Shown here: piece by piece, positions 52,421 to 63,338 of the stretch
Position numbering within the stretch: the first letter of the stretch is position 1
How the letters are laid out: every line of letters begins with the position of its first letter
NCBI GenBank assembly: GCA_028826165.1
Contig: JAPDFW010000114.1
Location: forward strand, 186,001-250,000
DNA: 64,000 nucleotides
DNA from: Anaeramoeba ignava BMAN
Lineage: Eukaryota; Protista; Anaeramoebae
Direction of reading: 5' to 3'
Translations under genes and position numbers: made by a program
Notes under the pieces: model-generated
What the model saw: the letters and a program-made list of their open reading frames with translations, nothing else
Database searches by the model: none
Told to the model about the DNA's origin: nothing

Positions 52421-52446
52421 AAGAAAAGAAAAATTTTGATCTGAAA

Positions 52447-55400
52447 TTAATTTAGTAAATTTTCGATATTTTCAATCTGTTTTTGTAATTGAGAACAAAT
52501 TTCAAGAGAAGAATCAAATAAATTATTTCTTTTTGATTCTTCAGTTTCACTTGATTCTGTTAAATCTCTTTCTAATCCATGTTTTTTCTCAATTTGGAGC
52601 ATTTGAATAACTGAAGAAAGAGAAGAAAACCAATCATCTCTAACATTTCGATTTGGGCATTCAATGAAAAATATCTTATTTGGTGATGAAATTATAAAGC
52701 ACCATTTGCGATTAAAGATTACTTCTTTTTCTGGAAAGGAAACAATTGATTTATCAAGAGGAACAATTCCTAAAGGAAGTTCTGTATGTTTTGTCTATTT
52801 CGGACAAGAATTTTTAAATTTAAATTAAATTAATATTGATTTTAATTTTAATTTTTAATTTTGATTTTAATTTTGATTTTAATTTTAATTTTGATTTTAA
52901 TTTTAATTTTAATTTTAATTTTAATTTTAATTTTAATTTTAATTTTAATTTTAATTTTAATTATGATTTTAATTTTAATATTGATTTTAATTTTAATTTT
53001 AATTTTAATTTTGATTTTAATTTTGATTTTAATTTTAATTTTAATTTTAATTTTAATTTTAATTTTAATTTTGATTTTAATTTTAATTTTAATTTTAATT
53101 TTAATTTTGATTTTGATTTTGATTTTGATTTTAATTTTAATTTTGATTTTAATTTTAATTTTGATTTTAATTTTAATTTTAATTTTAATTTTAATTTTAA
53201 TTTTAATTTTGATTTTAATTTTAATTTTAATTTTAATTTTAATATTGATTTTGATTTTAATTTTAATTTTAAATTTTAATTTTGATTTTAATTTTAATTT
53301 TAATTTTAATTTTAATTTTAATTTTGATTTTAATTTTAATTTTAATTTTAATTTTAATTTTATAAATTAATTTTAATTTTGATATTAATTTTAATTTTAA
53401 TTTTAATTTTAATTTTAATTTTAATTTTAATTATGATTTTAATTTTAAATAATTCCTACTTCGTCTATAGGTTGTTTTGCTTTATAATATCTTAATGTAT
53501 CATTTGAAAGAATAAACCAACGCTTTCTCCAAGATTTTACTTTATGTCCTCTCTTTTCAAGAAAACCTGCTTTATAAACATTCTTAGTTGTTGGAATTGT
53601 ATAATCAAACATTCTTCTTGTATTTTTCTCGAAAATTGAACCAATTCTTTCAACAACAAACCCAAGATTTGAAACTTGGTGATAAGCTTGTTCCATTTCA
53701 GATGTGATTTTAAGTAAGTTTGCAAGCTCTGAATTTGGAGCTTGACGAATAACTGTGGATATATCAAAAGAATCTCGATTTTCAACTGTTTCTGTTTTTT
53801 TTGGATGTGATTTTTTATCCTTTTCTTTTGATTTACTTGGAAATTCCACAAAGAATGTGTGCAATTTTTGATAACACATAACAAGATCTATTGGTAATTG
53901 AAGAGAAAAATTGGGAGATTTCAAAGTGAATCCATTGATTGTAAATTTATCTTTTTTTTCGTTATATTCCTTATTCAGTTGAAGAACAGTATCTTTCTCA
54001 ATTGAACTAACAAAATATTCTTTTTGATGTAACATTAGATTATTTTCTTGCATACTGAAGCGGATATTTTCAGCCTCAATCATTGGATGTGTTGAATTTT
54101 TTTCATTTTCTTTGATCCGAAGTAAATCAACTGAAAAATATTTGTTTGTTTCTTTTGATTTTGAAAAATCATCATCACTTTGAGTCTCGTCAAAATCTTC
54201 AGCATCTTCTGTTAATCTTGATACATCAAACTCTTTTTCTTCATCAAAATCTTCTGATGCAAAGAAAAGTTCAAGTTTCGAAAATTTTGTTTCACGTTCC
54301 ACTTTTGGAATCAAATCCGAGTTTAAGAAAAACCTGTAAAAAATCTTAAAATATTTGGACATTCGAAGAATAGAATGAGTAATAAAATTCAATCCTGGAA
54401 AATCACCCGAAAAAAGAAGTCCATCAAATCGAGATTTGATATAAATTTCATCATTTTCTTTTTTGCTTATTGTCACTTCACAAAATTGGTCATTATTTTC
54501 GTTTTTTGATTGAAGAACACCTTCTTTCATTTCTTTTTCAGGAAAAGCGAACTAAATCATGAAAATATTTAAAATATAAATATTTAAAATATTTAAAATA
54601 CAAATATAAATATAAATTTGATTTACATTTAAAAGTTGAGCTCCAATTTTCATAGTTTCTTCTGAATTTGAATCAAATTTAATAAGCATTTGTTTCATTT
54701 CCAAAGTATTTAAATTTGATAAAGAATTATTTTGTTCAAATTCTGTATCATTTTCAACCAAAATATTATTGTTGTTATTATTGTTATTGTTATTGTTATT
54801 GTTATTGTTATTGTTATTGTTATTGTTATTGTTATTGTTATTGTTATTGTTATTGTTATTGTTATTGTTTTGATTTTGATTTTGATTTTGATTTTGATTT
54901 TGATTTTGATTTTGATTTTGATTTTGATTTTGATTTTGATTTTCAATTTGATTTTGATTTTCTTTTTTTAAATTGATTCCAAATATTTGAATAATTGAAT
55001 CCAATCTAATTCTTTGTTTTTTCTTTTCTTTTTTATTAGGATTTTGTTCGAATTGCTTTGAAAAAATTGCGAAAAGCCTAATAGTTTTATAAACAGAATG
55101 AATTGATTATTTTTTTTTTTTGATTAAATTCCTTCAAAAAAAAAAAAGAAACAAACATTGCAAATCCAATTTGAGAAAGTTCAATTTTATCATGACTAGT
55201 CATAATTTCAATCCCATCTCGATATGAAAAAGAAACACCAATTTGGGTTGAATCAGAAATAATTTCAATTGATTGACCAACTTTCTTTGTTTTAGAAACA
55301 AGATCAGAGAGAAAACCTTTTGCAATAATTTTGGAACATGAAATTATTAGTGAATTTCCATCAAATTTTTGATTTTGATTTTGATTTTGATTTTGATTTT

Positions 55401-56043
55401 GATTTTTTTCTGAAATTTCAGGAAATTGAAATTGTTGAATTTCTGAAATTCTTGAAGTAGAATACATAATTGAAGCTAAATTAAATCAATAAAAGAGAAC
55501 AAAACAAAACAAAACAAAACAAAAAAAAAAATTTTTTTAATTCAAAATTAAATAAATAATTAATAAAAAAGAATTTTTGAATTATTTTTTTTTTGCTTAT
55601 TTACGTTGAGTAAAAATCAATGAAAAGATTGTGTTTTCATTTCTTCGGAAAAGAATAGTTAACTTTTCAAATTTAAAATTGATAGTTTCTAAAATAGATA
55701 TTGAAAAATCCTTTTTAAAATGTTTTGATTTTTGAGCTTGTTGATATAAATTTTGTATTTTTTGTTGATCATCAATTTTAATTGTTATTTTCATTTCTTT
55801 TGTTTGAACTTGATTGGGTCTTTGTTCTGTTGAACTCATATCAATAATTTTTATTTTTTCAATAATGAAATTTAATGGAATATTTAATTTTTTGGTTAAT
55901 TTAATTGCAATTTCTGGAATTATTTTAAGATTTGAAATTTTCGCTTTTTTATCTTCATATTCAATTTTTTTGGAATCAAATTTTTGAAAAAGAGATTGAA
56001 ATAAATTTTGAATTTTTTGATCTTTTAAAACGTTTTGATTCAT
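52447..56043 (-). CDS. PH-domain protein (~882 aa); exons 56043-55605, 55475-55157, 55077-54627, 54551-53460, 52794-52447
   Basis: KAGFLEKRGHKVKSWRKRWFILSNDTLRYYK / PLGIVPL...WCFII...FFIEC...RDDWFSSL is a canonical PH domain split by an intron. Total 2,649 nt in frame. Confidence 0.85.
52835..53447. repeat. Intronic (TTTTAA/TTTTGA)n hexamer array within the PH domain
   Basis: Direct inspection; intron 52795-53459. Confidence 0.95.
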
Positions 56044-56221
56044 TTTTTTCTTTGTAAATTCAAAAAAAAAACAGAAACAAAAAGTGAAAAAAAAAAAAAA
56101 TGAAAAGAAAAAAATGAAAAATGAAAAAATCCAAAAAAAAAATTTTTTCCGTTTTGTTTTTAGATTGATTTAAAAATTTTTTTTCTTCTTTTTCGGGATT
56201 TTTTCAAAATAATTATTAATT

Positions 56222-56845
56222 TTAATTGTCATCAAATTCTGTTAGATCGAGATTTGGAATATTTTCATTTTCATTTTCATTTTCAATTTCATTTTCATTT
56301 TCTTTTTCATTTTCATTTTCATTTTCTTTTTCATTTTCATTTTCATTTTCATTTTCTTTTTCATTTTCATTTTCATTTTCTTTTTCATTTTTATTTTCTT
56401 TTTCAATTTCATCCCTATTTAAATCTTCTTTTTTTCTCTTCTTTTTTTCAGCACTTCGAGTAATAAATCCAATAACTTTTTCAAATTGCCTTTCACTAAA
56501 TGATCTTTCATTTAATTTTTTAATATGTGGACTAATAAAATCTACAATTTTTTTCAATGGACTTTTTTTTGGAACATCTTTTTTCTCAATTTCTTTTTGC
56601 TCAATTTCTTTTTCTTCTTTAATTTCTTCTTTAATTTCTTCTTTAATTTCTTCTTCTTTAATTTCTTCTTTAATTTCTTCTTTAATTTCTTCTTCTTTAA
56701 TTTCTTCTTTAATTTCTTCTTTAATTTCTTCTTTAATTTCTTCTTCTTTAATTTCTTCTTCTTTAATTTCTTTTTCTTCTTCTTTTTCTTCTTTAATTTC
56801 TTCTTCTTTAATTTCTTCTTCTTTTTTAATTTCAATTTCTGACAT
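56222..56845 (-). CDS. Small E/K-rich low-complexity protein (EEIK and EN repeats)
   Basis: ATG-to-stop ORF with a unique central segment (SPLKKIVDFISPHIKKL...GFITRSAE) and a unique tail. Confidence 0.65.
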   Translation of the reverse strand: MSEIEIKKEEEIKEEEIKEEKEEEKEIKEEEIKEEEIKEEIKEEIKEEIKEEEIKEEIKEEIKEEEIKEEIKEEIKEEKEIEQKEIEKKDVPKKSPLKKIVDFISPHIKKLNERSFSERQFEKVIGFITRSAEKKKRKKEDLNRDEIEKENKNEKENENENEKENENENENEKENENENEKENENEIENENENENIPNLDLTEFDDN

Positions 56846-57080
56846 TTAAATAATAATATAATAAAATAATAAAATAAAAGAAAATAAAAGGATTAGAAAA
56901 AAAATGAAAAAAAATGAAAAAAAAAATAATAAAAAATTTAACGGAAAAAGTAAAAAAATCTTTTTTTTTTTAATTGAAATATAAAGGAGAAAAAAAAAAT
57001 ATTTTAAATTTCCCTTTTTATTTTTTTTCATTTTTTTCTTTTCATTTTTTCTTTTATTAAATAAAATAAAATAAAATAAA

Positions 57081-60000
57081 ATGTCAAACAAAGCAGAAAC
57101 AATTTCTAAATTAATTTATAAACTTGTTCGTTATTCTATGATGAGATTTGGAAAACCGGAACAAAAAACACTTCAAAAATTATTTTCTTTTTCAATTCAA
57201 GCATGTAGTTCTAATTTAACATCAACAATAGAATTAAATGAACCAAATATATTAGATTTAATCAAAAAGAAATGTTGGTTATTTTTCTTTTACAATTCTT
57301 TTTATAAATTAAATTATTAATTAAATTACAAATAAAATTATTAAAATTATAAATTAAATTATAAATTAAATTATAAATTAAATTATAAATAAAATTATAA
57401 ATTAAATTATAAATTAAATTATAAATTAAATTATAAATTAAATTATAAATAAAATTATAAATAAAATTATAAATTAAATTATAAATAAAATTATAAATAA
57501 AATTATAAATAAAATTATAAATAAAATTATAAATAAAATTATAAATAAAATTATAAATAAAAATTATAAATAAAATTATAAATAAAATTATAAATAAAAT
57601 TATAAATAAAATTATAAATAAAATTATAAATAAAATTATAAATAAAATTATAAATAAAAATTATAAATAAAATTATAAATAAAATTATAAATAAAATAAA
57701 ATTATAAATAAAAAAAATTATAAATAAAATTATAAATAAAATTATAAATTAAATTATAAATAAAATTATAAATTAAATTATAAATAAAATTATAAATTAA
57801 AATTATAAAATAAAATTATAAATAAAATTATAAATTAAATAAATAAAATTATAAATAAAATTATAAATTAAATTATAAATTAAAATTATAAATAAAATTA
57901 TAAATATAAATAAAAATTAAATCATAAATTAAAATTATAAATAAAATTATAAATAAAATTATTATAAATTAAAATTATAAATAAAATTATAAATTAAATT
58001 ATAAATAAAATTATAAATAAAATTATAAATAAAATTATAAATAAAAAATTAAATTAAATATAAATTAAATTATAAATAAAATTATAAATAAAATTATAAA
58101 TTAAAATTATAAATAAAATTATAAATTAAAATTATAAATTATAAATTAAAATTATAAATTAAATTATAAATTAAATTATAAATTAAATAATTAAAATTAT
58201 AAATAAAATTATAAATTAAAATTATAAATAAAATTATAAATTAAATTATAAATAAAATTATAAATAAAATTATAAATAAAATTATAAATAAAAATTATAA
58301 ATTAAAAATAAATTAAATTATAAATTAAAATTATAAATAAATTATAAATTAAAATTATAAATTAAAATTATAAATAAAATTATAAATTAAATTAAAATTA
58401 TAAATTAAATTATAAAATTATAAATTAAATTATAAATTATAAATATAAATTAAATTATAAATTAAATTATAAATAAAATTATAAATTAAATTATAAATAA
58501 AATTATAAATTAAATTATAAATTAAATTATAAATTAAATTATAAATAAAATTATAAATAAATTATAAATAAAATAATTAAAATTATAAATTAAATTATAA
58601 ATAAAATTATAAATTAAAATTATAAATTAAATTATAAATTAAAATTAAATTATAAATAAAATTATAAATTAAATTATAAATAAAATTATAAATTAAATTA
58701 TAAATAAAATAATTAAAATTATAAATTAAATTATAAATAAAATAATTAAAATAATTAAATTATAAATAAAATAATTAAAATTATTAATTAAATTTCTTGA
58801 AAAAAAAGTATCTCAATCAAATTCTCAACAAAGTGTAATTGAAGCAACAGACAAATATAGAAAAGTTAAAAAAATTGGAATTCTTCCATTAAATTCATTG
58901 AATGAAATAATATATCTTTTTCATATTCTTTCAGGATTACCACCTGAAAAACCAAAATATTTAACAGAAACATCAAAAAGATATCAACAAAAAGATACAG
59001 GAATACAAACACAAACATATTCTAATACAAACGAGAATTTTGACCAAAATAAAACAGAACCAATTAAAGATAAAAATATGAAAAATGGAGATTTTATTGA
59101 AAATCAACCCAAAATAACCGAAAATATGTTAGTCAAAGAAATCATTTTTGTTCTTCAAGGAATTGAGGGTAAAATGATACATTTTGATCATGAAACTCAA
59201 ACCTTTTCTTTATCAAAAAGATTGGAAATATCAAGAACAACTCGTCATTTAGTAAATAAAATTGCGGAATTGGGATGGATTTACACAAAAATCAAAAAAT
59301 ATCTCGAAGAAAGAGAAAAACAAAACGAACTTGGATTAATAGAACGAGCCTTTTGTTCGAGTATTAAAGACGAAATGAACGATTATTATCAGCAAATCTC
59401 TGTTTTTGACTCTCAAGTTCTTGATTTCAACACACAAATAAAAAATAACGAAATCAACGGAGGAGAAAATTTAGTTTTATATCCGTTTACTTCAACGGCA
59501 ATATTCTACCAAAAAGACGCAAAAAATGAACAAGAAAAAGACATACAGAACAGCATTGCATCGCCGCCAATGGTTGTTCTTCAAGGAGATACAGGTCCAA
59601 CTTTGCGGAGAATATATCATCAAGCACGTCCGCTAATTTCCAAATTCAAAGTAATTGCAGCATTAACGGATGCAATTAAAGATCAAAATGGAGGCGCTAT
59701 TTTGAGCGTGATCTACAATTTTGTTTCTCATGGCGACCCTGAAATCAAGAGCATGATGTCAAGAATTCTGACAAAATCATCGAAACCGTTATTTCGGATT
59801 GCAAAGAAATGGATTACTTTGGGAAGATTGGATGATCCTTTTAATGAATTCTTTGTTCAAGCAAATGAAAATGTTCAGAAAGATGTTTTCTGGAGACAAA
59901 AATACCAAATCAGAGACAAAATGGTTCCTAAATTCATGAGTATTGAGATTGCGACGAAAATCATGGTGATTGGAAAATCGATCAATTTTTTAAAGCATTG

Positions 60001-61664
60001 CTGCCGAATTGACCAAAAGCAATTAAAGCACGAAATAATCTCTCAAAGATACCAATCAGAAAACACAAAAAACGCAATTGTGCCGTTGCAAAACACAGAG
60101 AGACAGTTCTCGATCTTTACGGAAATATCCGAGCACATGCACAACGAGCACAAACCACAAATACAATTTCTTCATCACAACCCAAAAGTTTCACAAGGAG
60201 AAATTCCCGAGCACAAAACAGAGCGCGATTTTTTCTTGGAAACAAACCCTATTGAAGCGCGTTCTGAAATGGAGCTTTCTCAATTTTATTCCGAAATGGA
60301 AGCGCTTGAAAATCTAGTGCAAAAATTATCGAAAAAGATGAACAAGGAAGTATTGAAGATCATTTTCCGCGATTTCAAGCTTTTGGATCACTGCACAGCA
60401 ATCCAAAATTTTATACTTTTTGGGAGAGGTGATTTTATATTTTATTTAATGGATTCGCTTGGCGAAGATTTGTCTCGACCGGCAAACACAATTTTCAAAC
60501 ACAATCTTCTTGGAATTCTCGACACAGCGGTGAGACAGTCGAGCGCGAATGATGAGGATGAAGATATCATTCGCAGATTGGATATCAAGCTTCTGGAACC
60601 CACAAGCAAGGATTCGGGATGGGATATTTTCTCGTTGGATTACAAAGTGGGATCTCCAATTAATACAATATTGACCCAAAATGCGATGAAATCTTACTTG
60701 AAAATTTTCAATTTTTTATGGCGCTTAAAACGCGCAGAATTCTGTCTTTCCGAGACATGGAGATGGCACATGGTCTCGTCTTCTTTGTTCTCGCATTTCC
60801 CCGGAATCTTTCCTCAATTACATCGTTGCTATTTACTTCGAAACGAAATGATCCACTTTATCTACCATTTGCAACATTATGTTCTCTTCGAGGTTTTGCA
60901 GTGCTCTTGGGAGCATTTTCTCGAAGAGGCAAAACAAGCTCCCGATCTTGATAGTGTTATTGCGGCGCATGAGGAATATCTTAACGAAATACTCGATAAA
61001 TCAATGCTTACTCCTTCTTGTGAATCATTGCTTACTCAAACTTTGAAAATTTTTCATCTCGTGATTCGATTCAAAGAAACTCCAAGCAGAACTCCATGAA
61101 ACAGCACTTGAAGAGATTGGGAAAATATCCCGAAATCGCATCATCGATAACCAAAATCTTAACGAATGGGAAACACACCGCAAATTAGAGAGACAAACCC
61201 AAAAACTCGAAAAATTACAAAAAATGAAAAAGTCGAAAAAAATCCGTTTTTTTTCTCCTCAACAAGACAGCATCGAAAAACAAGGCGTAAGCACTCCACG
61301 CACAGAAAAACTTGTAAAAAGCCTCAACGAGCAGCTTGATTCAATCGAAATTGAATTCCAGCTTGCTTTTGAAGGTTTCCAAGATCTTCTTTCTCAATAT
61401 GAATCTTCTCGTCCTATTTTGAGATTTTTAACTTATCGCTTGGATTTCAATGAATTTTATGAGAAAAGAATGGCTCGCGAAATGAAAGCTGCTAGAATTG
61501 CTCATACTATCCAAAGCACTGCAAAGAAAAGTCAACACAGAACCCAGAAATCATATCCTGGTAAAAAATTAGTTTTCCATTCAGCAAAAGATCAAAGCAA
61601 TAAAAATGATGATTTTCAAAATAATTTAAGTGATAGTTTGGAAAGTTTTGATTCAGATAATTAA
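57081..61664 (+). CDS. GCP3: Gamma-tubulin complex component 3 (Spc98), ~1,015 aa; exons 57081-57273, 58809-61664 (+1 frameshift near 61075)
   Basis: LVKEIIFVLQGIEG, AELGW, GGAILS...HGDP, LDDPFNEFF, IGKSINFL, GDF, GWDIFSLDY, IFNFLWRLKRAE, YVLFEVLQCSW, and C-terminal RLDFNEFY located after the frameshift. Confidence 0.93.
57345..58790 (+). repeat. Intronic 12-bp satellite TTATAAAT(A/T)AAA in the GCP3 intron
   Basis: Direct inspection; same unit as in VPS25 intron 1. Confidence 0.95.
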
Positions 61665-61877
61665 TAAATAAATAATTATCAATAAATAATTATCAATAAA
61701 TAATTATAATGATTCATTTTATTCATTTGAAATATAATCTTAATCTTTATCATTTTGATTATCATCAAATTTTTTTTTCTTTTTTCTTTTAAAAAAATCT
61801 AATTAGATCAAAATTTTCAAATTCAATTTCTTTTTCATTAATCAAAAAAAAAAATCCAATAAATATTTTGTTAAAAA

Positions 61878-61917
61878 TTTTTCATTTTTCATTTTTTCAT
61901 TTTTTTTCTTTTTTCAT
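61878..61917 (+). promoter_or_regulatory. Tandem TTCATTTT initiator-like motifs upstream of the LRR-U-box gene
   Basis: ttcatttttcattttttcattttttt just before ATG 61924. Confidence 0.6.
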
Positions 61918-61923
61918 ATAAAA

Positions 61924-63003
61924 ATGGGAAATAAAATAATTCGAAAAAAAATCAAAACTTCCCGAAAAACAAAAGAATTAGATTTAAATTCACTTTTAGA
62001 AGATGAAAATTTTATTCAAAAAGTTCAATCAAATTTAAACTTAATATGGAAAGAAACTGAACTTTTAGCATTAAATTTATCATACAATGAATTGAACAAA
62101 ATACCATCAGAAATATCAATGTTAACCAAAATAGAGTTTTTAGATTTATCAAGCAATAAACTATCAGAACTTCCAATTGAAGTTGGAAATTTGATTAATT
62201 TGAAAAAATTTTATCTTAAACACAATCGATTTGAACTTTTTCCAAATCCAATTTTAAAATTAGAAAAATTAGAAGAATTGGATCTTCGTGAAAATCTTCT
62301 TGTTGAAGTTCCTCCAGAATTGGGAAATCTTCCTTTAAAAGTGATTCTTTTATCCAGAAATATAAATATTGTGTTTCCTCCTTTAGAAATTCTTCAATAT
62401 GATTCACAAGTTATAATTAATTTTTTGAAAGAAGCAAATGAAGAGAAAATTCGAATTGAAAATCAAAATCAAAATCAATATCAAAATCAATATCAAAATC
62501 AAAATCAAAATCAAAATCAAAATCAAAATCAAAATCAAAATAATCAAAATCAAAATCAAAATCAAAATCAAAATCAAAATCAAAATAATCAAAATAATCA
62601 AAATGATGAATATAATCTTTCAAGAAGTTTGGAAAATTCAAATATTTCTTGGATTCCTTTTATTCCAACAGAAATTCCAAAAATTGAAGAAGATCATTCA
62701 AATTCAAGTCCAATTTTTGAATTGAGGAAAAAACTTCATAAAATTCAAGATATTGTTGGTGAAGATAATATTCCAAGTGATTTTATGTGTCCAATTACTT
62801 TGGAAATCTTTGTTGAACCAGTAAAAGCTTCAGATGGATTTAATTATGAAAAATCAGTTATTTCAAAATGGTTAGAAAATCATGATATTTCTCCTCAAAC
62901 TAATGAAAAATTTCCAAATAAAAATTTAATCGAAAATTTGGAATTAAAACAAAAAATTCAAATTTATATTAAAAGTTTAAATGAAATTGGAATAAAAATT
63001 TAA
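61924..63003 (+). CDS. LRR + U-box E3 ubiquitin ligase, possibly N-myristoylated
   Basis: MGNK start, about 5 LRRs, QN linker, U-box IPSDFMCPITLEIFVEPVKASDGFNYEK...SPQTNE...N.ELKQ.I. Confidence 0.92.
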   Translation: MGNKIIRKKIKTSRKTKELDLNSLLEDENFIQKVQSNLNLIWKETELLALNLSYNELNKIPSEISMLTKIEFLDLSSNKLSELPIEVGNLINLKKFYLKHNRFELFPNPILKLEKLEELDLRENLLVEVPPELGNLPLKVILLSRNINIVFPPLEILQYDSQVIINFLKEANEEKIRIENQNQNQYQNQYQNQNQNQNQNQNQNQNNQNQNQNQNQNQNQNNQNNQNDEYNLSRSLENSNISWIPFIPTEIPKIEEDHSNSSPIFELRKKLHKIQDIVGEDNIPSDFMCPITLEIFVEPVKASDGFNYEKSVISKWLENHDISPQTNEKFPNKNLIENLELKQKIQIYIKSLNEIGIKI

Positions 63004-63338
63004 TTTAAATTGTGAAAATAATAAAATTATTAATAAATAAATATAAAAACAATTTTATTTTATTATTTTATTTTATTATTTTAAAAAATTGTTTAAAAAA
63101 TTTTTTATTTATTTAATTAATTAGGGGGCATAATTAATTCTAAATTAAAAAAAAAAATTAAATTTTTTCTTTTTTTTTTATTTTCATTTTTTCATTTTTT
63201 TTCCCTTCATTTTTTTTTTAGTTCAAAAAAAGGTATAATAATAATTAATTAAGAAATTTTAACTGAAAAAAAAAAATCAATTTAAATAACAAAAAAAAAT
63301 TAATAAAAAATAAAAAAAAATTTAAATTGGAAAGTTAG

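Noticed and set aside
52836-53370. ILILIL / FNFNFN / KIKIKI ORFs (also at 25895, 41635, 44094, 48226, 54710, 62404)
   Set aside because: Translations of hexamer or 12-mer repeats, or antisense/off-frame shadows of QN tracts.
63121-63129. Telomeric repeat (TTAGGG)
   Set aside because: Single copy only; no array in the window.
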